A stretch of 64,000 nt of DNA from Octopus sinensis (GCF_006345805.1 NC_043007.1:24056001-24120000), one strand, 5' to 3'. Positions 37,502 to 50,084 are shown, counted from the stretch's first letter. Numbers and translations are program-made. The notes: generated from the letters alone by a model not told the origin.

Positions 37502-40500
37502 GTACATATGTATATATATATATAAAATGATAAACGCTGCCCTTTCAAGCCTAGCCAGGCTCATGGGCCGGGTTTCCCGGTTTCTGTTGCGTATGTGTTC
37601 TCCCCAGCTGGACGGGACGCCAGTCCATCGCAGCGTTACTCAAGAAACAGGAAGACAGAGTGAGAGAATGTTGTGGCGAAAGGGTACAACAGAGGTCACC
37701 ACCATGCCCTGCCGGAGCCTTGTGGAGCTTTTAGGTGTTTTCGCTCAATAAACACACAATGCTCGGTCTGGGAATCGAAACCGTGAGTCCGCTGCCCTAA
37801 CCACTGGGCCATTGCGCCTCCGCACACACACACACACATATATAAATACATACATATATACATACATACATACATACATACATAGATGTATGTATATATA
37901 TATATATATATACATATATACATAGATGTATGCATTTGATTATATGTGTGTATGTATGCATATGTGTATTTATACATGCACAAACATGCATACAAATAAT
38001 CACGTATCACGTATATCTAAGAATAGTCAGGTAGTGTCTTGGATAATTTCCAGAAGCGTACCTCACAGGATGTTGTGTCCTATGCCCTCTGCTTGCGAAA
38101 CTTGAGTAAACCTGTTAAGAGATCTCATTCATGACAGCAGGTGGTTTTTATACATCGCATTGCAGTTACATATGTCATTTCCTGCAATCCATTTAAATGT
38201 ATGTTTTGTATAATTAAGACAAACTTCAGCTAGGGAAGCTCCACATTTGATATGGGCAGTAATAGTAAAGGAGACAAGCGTTTGTTTGTTAGAGGCTTGC
38301 ATGCCTGCCTTACCATGTGTCTTTTGTGCCTGACATGTGGTATATTGCTCACTGGTTTCAGGTTACGTAATTAGGACTAAAGAGTTGGGTGAACTCTGAG
38401 CAAACTTGAAATAAACCTTTTATGAAGATTCTTAATTAACAATGCGTTTTTTCTTTCTTGTATCTAAGTTTTGTAGCAGGAAAATTCAGATGAATGGAAC
38501 AAGGATGAAGTATGTTGCTAGTGATCCCTTAGGGCTTTGCACATGGGAAACTTATTATTCAATGCTCACATGTTCTCATTGGGAGTCTGTGTGTGTGTAT
38601 GTATGTACGTATATCCCTCTCACTCACTCCTTCACTTACACACACACACTATGGGCTTCTTTCAGTCTCTATCCAACAAATCCATTCTCAAGACCTTGGT
38701 TGGCTTGAAGCTATAGCAGAAGACACTTTCCCAAGCTGCTGTACAGAAGAACTAAACCCCAAACCTAATGGTTGGGAAGTGAATTTAACAACGCAGCCAT
38801 TCCTGCACCTTATTATCAATAATCTATATGTGCATGCGCAAATTACATGGGTCACAAAAGTGTTCAGCTTTCTCCAAATCCATTGATTTAATTAAATTGA
38901 ATTAATTATATATCAATAATAATAATAATATCATAGCAAATACTGGGTTAAATTAATTATATATATATATATTTCTTTACTACCCACAAGGGGCTAAACA
39001 CAGAGGGGACAAACAGATTAAGTCAATTACATCGACCCTAGTGTGTAACTGGTACTTAATTTATCGACCCCGGAATTTGAACTCAGAACGTAACGGCAGA
39101 CGAAATATGGCTATGCATTTTGCCTGGCGTGCTAATGTTTCTGCCAGCTCGCCGCCTTTAAATTAATTATATATATATATATAATCTCACTGGTGATGGC
39201 TAGTGGTTAGCTGGGACGTCTAACCACTCATTCCAACTATATAACTATGTTGTCTATAGCTATGTAAAATGGATATCAAACAGCAGAACAAAGTACCAGT
39301 CATATAGGGGTATTGACTAGCCCCCTCTTTTCAAACTGTTGACCATGTGCCTAAATTAAAAACTTATTATTATTATGGCAGATTTGTTTAGTATTTGCCA
39401 TTATTATTATTATTTTGTTGGCCTTGCCACAGCAGTACAGTGCAGTGCAAAATCTAAAACCAGATTAGCATATAATCCAGATATTGGTGAGTTGATCTTA
39501 AAAAAAAAAGTTTTAAACAGCTAAATATAGGATAACACAAATTGTTGTGATGTAGCCACAAATAAGTCCTGATCTAGTTCTGCTACAGCAACCAGCTAGT
39601 TGTAGCAACATAGCCTGGGGTAAGCCCTAATCAAGATATCCCTGATCAAGCCGTTCTAAGCTATGCAATTAACAAGTCAAGCGATGCGGCATTATTCACA
39701 GATCTTCTTTTCAGTTCTTCCATGCCTTCTAGCTTAGGAACCATTCTATGCTTTCTAATCTGCAATGACGTATCCATATGGGATGCAGTGTGATATCTTA
39801 GACTTATTGCGCTCTGTTTCTTGTACACCCAAAGAATTTGGTGGTGACGAAAATGAGTTGAGCAAGGTAAACTCTCAGAACACTATAGTTGGTGTTCTTC
39901 TGAACTTATGGGTGGTGTATATCCCACCACTGTTTTTGTTTTTTCTGTGTGGCTATTGATATTTTGTATGTGTTTGTACATGTTCCATTTGTTTAGTAGA
40001 GCAGTGTGGGAGATATGTTTTTATTGTAATAGTACATCAGAGATGTGTGTCAGTGTTTAAAAGTAGTTTTTTTGTAAGCTTTTAAGCATTAAGTCTTTGC
40101 TGTAAAAACATACTGTTTCTTGCATTTCCCCGGTAGATATTTTTTTTAGTGTTTTACATATAGTCAAGTTGTCCCTAGGCCATAGTTTGATATCTGCCCT
40201 TCTTTCCACTCAGCACAAAGCCTGGAGTCATGTGATTCTAGAATAAACTTGTGATCGCACAGCCACACTTCTGCTAAACACACACACACTGTTGGAAAAT
40301 GAAAATTTTTCTGAACATTATTAGTTGGAAATTCTTGTTTCCTCTCTTATATATCAATCCATGCCAACATAATTGGCAGAGCACGGCAGAATCAATAGAC
40401 CATCGATCTTTATGGTATTGAGTTTTATTCTGATTGTATGCTTTTATGCCCTGGTCAACTTTTGCCTTTCACCTTCCACAAGGTCAATAAAGTGAGTAGC

Positions 40501-40805
40501 AAACAGAAAGCACAAGGGTGGCAGGGTGAATGTAATCAATTTAAACCTTAAAAGTTGGTGCCCCAGTTATGACATGACCACAGTCCAGAAGCTGGAAACG
40601 GTGAAAGAACAATTCTCTTTCTATCTCTTTCACCTATTTTCAATATATATATATATTTAATCTCTCTGTGCAAACAGATCCTGTTCAGGATACAGAAAAG
40701 GAAAGAGTGGAAGGAGGCTCTCAGCTTGATATTAAGAAAAAAAATCTGAACATTTGTTGGCAATGTAGATTAATTAACTGGTGGTGAAACTGTATGTATG
40801 TATGA

Positions 40806-40852
<47 letters not shown>

Positions 40853-42182
40853 CTATAAATACATTTACAATAAGTCTTGACAGCTTGGCTAAATATTGAT
40901 TTATTAAGTTTATAAATGTTAATTTATTTACTTAACTATACCAGAGTCAATGACACAGTACTTTAGTGTGTGTGTGTGTGTGTACTTGCTACATATACAC
41001 TCGTAAAGTAAATGTCTCTCTCTACAGAGGACAGGCCAAAGTAGGGTGATCTCAGGTCTCCGCAGAGGAAATAACTGGTGAACTCTGGGAAGACACAAGA
41101 AGTGCTGTTGTTGTCAGCTCTCAAAGGAGGTAAAAATAACACAGGGGGATGTGGGTAATCAGCATTTGTTTTGATGTACTAATCTGTCGGTGTTGAGTGC
41201 AGGGTGAGGGAAAATGTACTTTTAACTAGCTCTGTGTGATTGTGTTCACGTGCTCCCGCATGCGCACACACACATACACACACATACACACGTGGTTCTT
41301 CCTCTCTTCAAGCAAACAAGAGAAACTTTACATAGACTTATTAATTAAAAATTGCATCCATATTCTCAGCAAACCCTAGTATCATAAAAGTGGGGTGGGT
41401 TAAAAAGATAGAAGACCATGATGGATAATTTAGTTTTAAGTATATTGCTTTTTTTTTTTTGTTTTATTGTAGTGTTTTAGTCTTCAGTTATGGCCAAGGG
41501 TTTTCAATTGATTTTTTTTTTTTCAATTTTTCTGGATTTTTTTTTTTTTTGTTTTTTTGTCTGAAAATCGGAAGTAATGGTCACAGCTGGAACACATTGA
41601 TTGTTTGTAGACTCGTCTGTCGACTGACATTTGTATTGTAACAACACAGATTCTAGGTTTCATCCTCCAGCGTTGGCTTCTTGGGAGAGTTTTCTACCAT
41701 AACTTTGAGTTGATTAATATCGCGTGAAAAGAGATGACATTGTCCAGAAACCTGCTGTGATATCATCATCATCATCGTCTTAATGTCCACTTTCTCTATG
41801 CTTACGTGGGTCAGTTGGAATTTTTTGAGGCAAATTTTTCTATACCTAGATCCCCTTCCTGTTGTCAACCTTCACCTTTTCCCCTGCAGCCAGACATATT
41901 TTCACTGAAAACTGGAAACAAAGGACACCACTTGTATGATGGTGGCACTTGTTTACAACTATCATCCAATTTCAAAACAAGGAGGCTCATGCGTGCCCGC
42001 ACACACGTAATCGTGTTTCACTAAGAAGCAGTGCATGTTACCTGAATTTTCAACTCTAGTCAAATATAACAAACTCTTCCTAATCATCATCAAGACTGGC
42101 TAATTTGTACTGGCATTGAGTCAGCCTTTGACAGGGTCCCCTGATCCCTTATCTGGTGGTCAATGAGGAAATTCGATGACTG

Positions 42183-42633
42183 GCATCCATGCTAGTGGAG
42201 CTCTACAAGCACCATCTGAGCGTGACTGTTGCCAGAGTATCTGACTGGCTTCTGTGCCAGTGGCATATAAAAATCACCATTCAAGCGTGATTACTACCAG
42301 CGTCGCCTTACTGGCACTTGTGCTGGTGGCATGTGAAAAAGCATTTGAGTGAGGTCGTTGCCAGTGCTGCTGGACTGGCTCCTGTGTAGGTGGCACGTAA
42401 AAAACACCATTTGAGCATGGCCATTGCCAATACTGCCTGACTGGCCTTCGTGCCGGTGGCATGTAGAAGTACCCACTATACTCTTGGAGTAGTTGGCGTT
42501 AGGAAGGGCATTCAGCTGTAGAAACTCTGCGAGATCAGATTGGAGCCTGGTGCAGCCATCTGGTTCGCCAGTCCTCAGTCAAATCGTCCAACCCATGCTA
42601 GCATGGAAAGCGGATGTTAAATGACGATGATGA
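42183..42633 (+). mobile_element. Family-E retroelement end: about 60-bp internal tandem units and a (GAT)n tail (also 36298-36595 -, 57462-57775 -, partials at 41760, 57060, 60100)
   Basis: GTGCCGGTGGCACGTAAAAAGCACC-type units, GGAAGGGCATCCAGCTGTAGAAAC, and the terminal CCATGCYAGCATGGAAAGCGGA..(GAT)n. Confidence 0.75.
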
Positions 42634-44051
42634 TATTTATGTATCTATCTATCCATATTTATACACACACACATGGCTTCTTTTCATTTTGTATCTTCCA
42701 AATCCACTCAGATTAGCCTGGGGTGATAGTTGAAGGCACATGTCCACAGTGGCTTGCAGTGGGGCTGAACACAAAGTCATGCGGTTGGGCAGCAAGCTCG
42801 TTGACAACACAGTCATGCTGGCAAAAGATAAACAGCAGGAAGGAGGATTGCTGATAAATTGCTGTCTTGAACACACACACACACACACATTTTAAATGGT
42901 GATTATGTAAAGAAAAAAAATGTCTTCTCAACCCATGATGACCCAGTATTTAACAACAACAAAAACAAAGCTTTTCTAGTTTATTTTTATGTATTTGCTT
43001 AAAAAACAAAACAAAACAAAACAAAATCTCTACATCTTCTGATTACATTGCAACATGTTTTCATAGTCTCTGATGGTATCAAAGCAACTGCCTTTTAATA
43101 TTTCCTTCTTCGTTGTTGTTTTTGATCTCCTGCATTTTTACCTGTGATATGTAGTCTACTAATAACATAAGCTAGTAGTGTTTGGTACCATGTCTTTCTA
43201 TTTATTCCTTGTCTCTCCACCCCTCCATATTCTTCTTTTACCAAGAAAGTTCTTTTCCTTTAAAAAAAAAAAAAACGAAGAAAATGGTGTAGTGTTACCT
43301 GAGCAGTTGATACACCTGAATATTAGATTAGAATAGCTGGATGTGAGACCTAGCTTTTGCTAGCAAGCTTGCTTTCTGCTATGTCACTCACATACCAAAG
43401 TGAAGTGATTTAAAAAATATATATATATATCATTTACATACACACGTACAAGCATACACTTGTGGCAACCAGATGGCTGATTTGGTAGAGCATCAAATAC
43501 AATGATACCTTGTGTGCTGTTTGGTTACTTATGTTCTGAGTTCAAATCCTACGCAGGTGTGACTTTATTTTTTTATTCTAAGTTTGGCAAACTAACAACT
43601 TGGTAGTGGAACAGTTAATTTAATTGAAGAAAAGTAAATAGAATTTGACATTTAATACCTTTTCAAATAATGACTGTGATCTGTGCATCGGTGCTTTGAA
43701 CTTGCACCAAAGTTTAGTTTCCTTTGGTCTAGTTCCTACAGAGAACGGACCACAGGGAGTCTCTACAAAGTAGCTTGACCTGCTAGAAATATCAGCTAAA
43801 TCTGTTTAAAATTAGAAACACAGTGGCTACATTGCATAATTTAGTCCTTGTAAGTAATAGCTGGACTGGAGTGCTTTCAATTAATTAAAAATCTGCTTGA
43901 TAGGAGCTTATCAACAATATGCCCCTGAGAAAATACTAGAAAGAGAGAGAACTTATTAAATCAGCTGTTGGTTTAAGCAGGCTACATGAGATATGGCTCA
44001 TCAACAGGCAGGCTGAACTACTGTAAAACTTCTTGGTAATCTTTCATTGTG

Positions 44052-44385
44052 AAGGCGCATGGCTCAGTGGTTAGAGCATCGAGCTTATGAGCGTAAGGTT
44101 GTGAGTTCGAATCCCAGATCGGGCTGCGTGTTGTGTTCTTGAGCAAGACACTTTATTTCACGTTGTTTCAGTTCACTCAGCTGTAGAAATGAGTTGCGAT
44201 GTCACTGGTGCCAAGCTTTATCGGCCTTTGCCTTTCCCTTGGATAACATTGGTGGCGTGGAGAGGGGAGGCTGGTATGCATGGGCGACTGCTGATCTTCC
44301 ATAAACAACCTTGCCCGGACTTGTGCCTGGGAGGGTAACTTTCTTAGTGAAATCCCACGGTCAGTCATGACCAAAGGGGGTCTCA
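44052..44385 (+). mobile_element. SINE-C (tRNA-derived; also 21410-21688 +, split copy about 35862-36270 -)
   Basis: TGGCTCAGTGG A box, GTTCGAATCC B box and a shared body ending GACCRAAGGGGGTC. Confidence 0.85.
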
Positions 44386-44702
44386 ATCTTTCATTAGGCA
44401 TGCCTTTCAGAAACCTCTATGGGTCACAGTTTGTCCATGACTATTAAATCAATGTCTCTCAACCAGTTTCCTTGTCCTGTCTTCTGCCCCCACCTACCAT
44501 TTTGCTGTTCTGATTCCCTCCCACATAAGATTACAAAAAGGTAGTCCTGTATATATCAACACAGTTTTGTATATAGGCTTTGGATGGTTTTACCCCAACA
44601 TGGACAATAACACCCCAAGAGCAATTACCCCTGAGGACAACAGATGATGATTTAAAACTGCTTAATATATTGGAGAGCGGGTAATTAACCAAGTAGGTGA
44701 AT

Positions 44703-44937
44703 TAAAGGTGATGAGCTGGCAGAAACATTAGCACGCCGGGCGAAATACTTAGCGGTATTTCGTCTGCCGTTACGTTCTGAGTTCAAATTCTGCTGAGGTC
44801 GACTTTGTCATTCATCCTTTCGGGGTCGATAAATTAAGTACCAGTTACGCACTGAGGTCAATGTAATCGACTTAATCCCTTTGTCTATCCTTGTTTGTCC
44901 CCTCTGTGTTTAGGCTCTTGTGGGTAGTAAAGAAATA
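44703..44937 (+). mobile_element. SINE-A monomer, about 670 bp upstream of ADSS exon 2
   Basis: Full head, core and AAAGAAATA tail. Short GGTGAATT duplication flanks it. Confidence 0.9.
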
Positions 44938-45361
44938 AGCGGGTGAATTGTCCTGAGGTGTGATTGGGTTTTAATACCATGATCTGGTGCCACCTTACCT
45001 GCCTTTAGCGGAGTCCTCTCTGTTGTATGCATTCAAATAAGCTCTCTCATTTGAGGATATCTTCTTCCCTCTGTCCTTGGATAGAGGGATGAAGATGTTC
45101 TTGGAGGCTCCGTAAAGGGGTGTGGATACAGCCTTTCCCTCTGGTTGTGTGGTTAAGAAGCTCATTTTGCAACCTCATGGTTTCAGCTTCAGTCCTAGTG
45201 TGTGGCACCTAAGATGACGGTCTTCTATGGCCCAAGGCCGACCTTTAATTTGTGAGTGAATTTAGTAGAGGGAAACTAAAATAGCAAGTTATGATTTAAG
45301 GCCAGTTTGACTTGTTTCTAGTAGTCCATGTACCTTAATGTAATCTGTCTATAACTCTGTC

Positions 45362-45362
<1 letters not shown>

Positions 45363-45412
<50 letters not shown>

Positions 45413-45600
45413 TTCTCCTCTCTATCTTGTTCTAATTCTCTCAAAATCTTTCTAAAACTCTCTCTCTCTCTCCAAATCATTTTTCCTCATTCTCTTTCTA
45501 ATTTTGGCTCTCTCTCTCTCCCTCTCCATAACTCTGTCTGTCTCTTCATAACTCTCTATTTCTATACCTCTCTTCCTAACTCCATAACTCACTCTTTCTC
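45363..45600 (+). repeat. (CT)n-rich pyrimidine tract directly upstream of the ADSS exon 2 acceptor
   Basis: Direct reading. Confidence 0.9.
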
Positions 45601-45607
45601 GTTACAG

Positions 45608-45710
45608 GGTGGAAATAACGCAGGCCACACCGTAGTTGTTGATGATGTCGTTTATGATTTCCATCTGTTGCCAAGTGGAATAATTCATCCAACATGTGAT
45701 GTCATTATAG
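45608..45710 (+). CDS. ADSS: ADSS exon 2 ([35 protein letters not shown])
   Basis: ttacag| acceptor, 103 nt, G|gtgagt donor. GGNNAGHT and FHLLPSG are diagnostic AdSS motifs and continue exon 1 in frame. Confidence 0.97.
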
Positions 45711-46034
45711 GTGAGTAATATGTCTTCTCATATAGCATTGCCAAGGTTTCAGCACTGTAATCCTATTCTGATTCTCTCATCACTACTTAAGCAAATACAG
45801 TAAACTCTATACTTTACTGAGTCTGATGGAAAGATGTCAGAAGTTGTCTTTCCTCACTTCCGAAAATATTCAATTATTGACTAAATATCTTCTCAATATT
45901 AAATATATCCACCACAATTTTATGTTAATCATTCCTATGTTTTAATGAGAGATGTCTGATTAATAAATATATTTAACCCTTGAATTACAATGACATTTGG
46001 TATCTAGAGTAACTGCTTGTGCATAATCTATATA

Positions 46035-46990
46035 CACAGATCCATGCAGTACCCACTAGCTTTTCTATAGGTGTAGGTTGTACCTATTCATGGTCCTATT
46101 TTACAATTAGGTCCACATAGTACCCTGCTGGCTATATTAGTGGCATGTACTATTTATAAGTACCTATTTACCATGTCCTTATCGTACCCTGATATTTACA
46201 ATACTAATTTACCATGAAAATCACACAGTACCCCTACTGTCTATATCTGCAATTTGTATCTGCTCATAATACTAATTTGCACCAGGTCTGTACAGTAACC
46301 CTACTGTCTTGATTGACACCTGTCCATGGTATTAATTTACAATAAGGTCTGTATAGTATCCCTGCTATCTTCAGCAATGGCTTATACCTATCTTTGATCT
46401 TAATTTACAACTAGGTTCAGGATCTTTTCGCTTTGACCGGCAGATTTTTGAAATAATTTCTTTGTATCTAAACATTTTAAAACTTCGTATACTGGTAGAA
46501 TGTGTTTATAAAACATCTTTTTCTCTTGGCTTTCTTGAGAAAATTCTGTAGTTTGTAAGCCATTTGTTGTTTAATTTCTTTCATTTCGGCAATCAATGAC
46601 GTCTATTGAGGTGAATACAATTTCTCCAAATCTTTGTCAACAACAATTATTTGTCATATGACACCGCAAATAATTGTTGTTGACAAAGATTCGGAGAAAT
46701 TGTATTCACCTCAATAGACGTCATTGAAATTGCTGAAATGAAAGAAATTAAACAACAAATAGCTTATAAACTACAGAATTTTCTCAAGAAAGCCAAGAGA
46801 AAAAGATGTTTTATAAACACATTCTACCAGTATACGAAGTTTAAAAGAAATTAGTTACAAAGAAATTATTTAAAAAATCTGCTGGTCCAAGCGAAAAGAT
46901 CCCTAGGTTCATACAGTACTCTTGCTCTCTGTACTACAACTTATGGCACCTACTTACCAACCTATGGCACCTACTTACATCTACATAAAT
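46035..46990. repeat. Degenerate minisatellite of about 60-70 bp units, interrupted by the MULE fold-back
   Basis: Recurrent TAATTTACAA..AGGTC..ACAGTACCC(C)T motifs on both sides of the insertion. Confidence 0.55.
46420..46902. mobile_element. Mutator-like (MULE) fold-back element, 483 bp, 9-bp TSD
   Basis: Near-perfect palindrome GGATCTTTTCGC...GCGAAAAGATCC. CTAGGTTCA is duplicated at 46411-46419 and 46903-46911. Confidence 0.9.
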
Positions 46991-47385
46991 ACAAACTATA
47001 TCTGCTGTTTATTGGTGCTGTTCTGTACCTACACATTGTATTTATTTAGTTGGATTGTTCGTACTATTTTGAACAGCAGATGCCTGTTCCCACCTCTGGT
47101 GTTCTTTCATATTCTTATACCTCACGAATCTCACAGCTACCTTTTAATACTTCGATCTGAGTACCATTCATAGTAACGTCTTCCATTTAAAAATATTTTA
47201 AAAAGTGGGTAGGGGTGGGGGTTGAAAGAAAGAAATTTTGACCTAAACCTGTTTTCTGGAGAGGAACTTTTCCATGGGTAGACTCTTGATTTTACAAGAT
47301 ATAAAGGGTGGGTATCACAGACACAACTAACTCCCCCAATCCCAACCTGTATTCATCTGAATAATGTCTTTTTGTTGTGTTTCAG

Positions 47386-47499
47386 GTAATGGCGTTGTTG
47401 TTAACCTGCCTGAATTATTCCATGAAATTGAGAAAAATGCTGCTAAGGGCCTTACAAACTGGCAGAATCGTTTGAAGATTTCAAACCGAGCTCATCTGG
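47386..47499 (+). CDS. ADSS: ADSS exon 3 ([39 protein letters not shown])
   Basis: tttcag| acceptor, 114 nt, phase 1 to 1, G|gtaatt donor. Matches the AdSS GNGVV and ISxRAH motifs. Confidence 0.96.
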
Positions 47500-47523
47500 G
47501 TAATTTATTTTTATGATTATTAT

Positions 47524-47749
47524 TTATTTCTTTTATTGCTCACAGAAGGCTAAACATAGAGGGAACAAACAAGGACAGACAAAGGGATTAAGTCGATTAC
47601 AATGACCCCAGTGCGTAACTGGTACTTATTTAATCGACCCCGAAAGGATGACAGGTAAAGTCGACCTCGGTGGAATTTGAACCCAGAACGTAACGGCAGA
47701 CGAAATACGGCTACGCATTTCGCCCGGCGTGCTAACGATTCTGCCAGCT
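47524..47749 (-). mobile_element. SINE-A monomer just downstream of ADSS exon 3
   Basis: Reverse complement of the SINE-A consensus seen elsewhere in the window. Confidence 0.9.
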
Positions 47750-48851
47750 ATATGGCAGAAGCAGTAGGGTGACAAGAAGCAAAATTCCTTACAATATTTC
47801 TTACAGATATATGGCGCTCAAGAACCATGTGGTCCTCAGTTCTGTCTCATCACATCACTCTTTGAGCAAGTTCCTGTCCTCTGCTATAGTCCTAGGTTGA
47901 CAAAATTGTAAGAGTTTTGGTTCAAATTCTTTGTTTCGGCTCATGTTCTGAGTTTGGTTGCAATGATACTACTGGGAAGCTGTATTATTCTTTGCTGCAT
48001 GGGTAATTGCCATCTTCCATTTAAAAATATTTTTAAAAGTGGGTGGGGGTTGAAAGAAGGAAATCTTGACCTAAACCTGTTTTCTGGAGAGGAACTTTTC
48101 TATGAGTAGACCCTTGATTTTCCAAGATATAAAGACGCCTTTGGTGTGTGTGTGCTATGCATGGCTGTCTTGCTAAGGTGTTAAATTCTTAACCACATAG
48201 TTTTAGGTTCAGCCCCACTGCACAGAACTTAGCCTTGCTTGATCAATGCCAACCATCTATCAAATTTCCTTCTGAAATATATGGAAACTGCAGGAAGCCT
48301 GTTGTTTCTCTCTCTCTCTTTCTCCCTTCCTTCTCCCCACTCTCTCATGTTATTAATAACCAGCAGAAATTACGGAGTAGCTCAAGTGCTGAGAGTTTTA
48401 TGTATCGGCACTCATCACTTGACAAGTGTTAACACACAAAACTCTTGGCTTTTGAATCATTATGCAACTTCAGCTGATCGTTAATAAAACACACACACAC
48501 ACATAGATACTTGTGTTTAGAGTTTTATTTTCCTGTTTGTGTCTCTAATGTACACATATGCATTCATACATATGTCTGTTACTCTCTTTACTTGTTTCAG
48601 TCATTTGACTGTGGCCATGCTGGAGCACCGCCTTTAGTCAAGCAAATCGATCCCAGGACTTATTCTTTGTAAGCCTAGTACTTATTCTATCGGTCTCTTT
48701 GGCCGAACCGTTAAGTTACGGGGACGTAAAAACACCAGCATTAGTTGTCAAGCGATGTTGGTGGGACAAACACAGCAGACACCCAAACATATACACACAC
48801 ACACACATACACATACATATATATATATATATAATATATATATATATTATA

Positions 48852-48919
<68 letters not shown>

Positions 48920-49379
48920 CACATATATGACGGGCTTCTTTCAGTTTCCGTCTACCAGATCCACTCAGCCTGAGGCTATAGTAGACACTTGCCCAAGGTG
49001 CCACGCAGTGGGACTGAACCCGGAACCATGTGGTTGGTAAGCATACAGCCACTCCTGCGCCTATTGTGTTGTGTAAATTTCAAGCTAGTCACAGGTTAAG
49101 CCCAGCAGTGATGATGTTGACAAGACCAGTCATTCTGTAGTTTCAAAAAATAGGAAACTAGAAAAAAAAAATGAAAACAGTTCCTTTATTTGGAAGTGGG
49201 TAAAGGTTGGTAACCAGAAGGACATCTAGCTATTAAACCCCATCTGCAATAATTCCTCTCTAAATTCATGCTAGCAACAGGAAAATGGACATTTAACGAA
49301 CAAAACAAATGCACGCACAGGTTTATGCATGAGTGTATATGTATGAAAGCATAGTGTGTGTGTGTTGCCTATGTATATT

Positions 49380-49792
49380 TATTTCTTTACTACCCACAAG
49401 GGGCTTAACACAGGGGACAAGCAAGGATAGACAAACGGTTTAAGTCAATTACATCGACCCAGTGTGTAACTGGTACTTAATTTATCGACCCCAAAAGGAT
49501 GACAGGCAAAGTCGACCTCGGCGGAATTTGAACTCAAAACGTAACGGCAGATGAAATGCCTATTTCTTTACTGCCCACAAGGGGCTAAACATAGAGGGGA
49601 CAAACAAGGACAGACAAACGGTTTAAGTCAATTACATCAGCTTCAGTGCGTAACTGGTACTTAATTTATCGACCCCAAAAGGATGAAAGGCAAAGTCGAC
49701 CTCGGCGGAATTTGAACTCAGAACATAGCGGCAGATGAAATACGGCTACGTATTTTGCTCGGCGTGCTAACGTTTCTGCCAGCTCACTGCCT
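49380..49792 (-). mobile_element. SINE-A dimer (other A/A' copies: 23369-23580, about 33000-33385, 38970-39158, 50935-51141, 51577-51809)
   Basis: Junction at about 49560. Shared core and tail. Confidence 0.85.
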
Positions 49793-50084
49793 TGTTGCTT
49801 ATGTATATTGGCAAAAGCTGTACTCTAAATATTGAGAAAAACTGAACAGGACGTCCCATTATTTGGCATGCATTGAATTATGTATTGACACTTTGTAGTG
49901 AAATTCAAAAGAACCTATGACTAATGTTTCCATTATTAACCATTTGTGATGTAAATGGCTTTGTGACATGTGCAGGCGTTAGCTGTTTGCTATTTAAAAG
50001 TTAATACAATAAATACACATTTATAAGTGCAGGCACTAAGCATTTGCAATATAAAAGTTTATAAAATAAACACATTTATAGGTG

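Noticed and set aside
44054-44128. tRNA-like sequences with A and B boxes (also 11054, 21410 and SINE-A/B heads)
   Set aside because: No proper acceptor stem or anticodon arm, and each continues into a SINE body.
47381-47392. Exon 3 acceptor AG|GTAATG as a recursive site
   Set aside because: The GT is explained by the Gly codon of the conserved GNG motif, and the match to a donor consensus is only partial.
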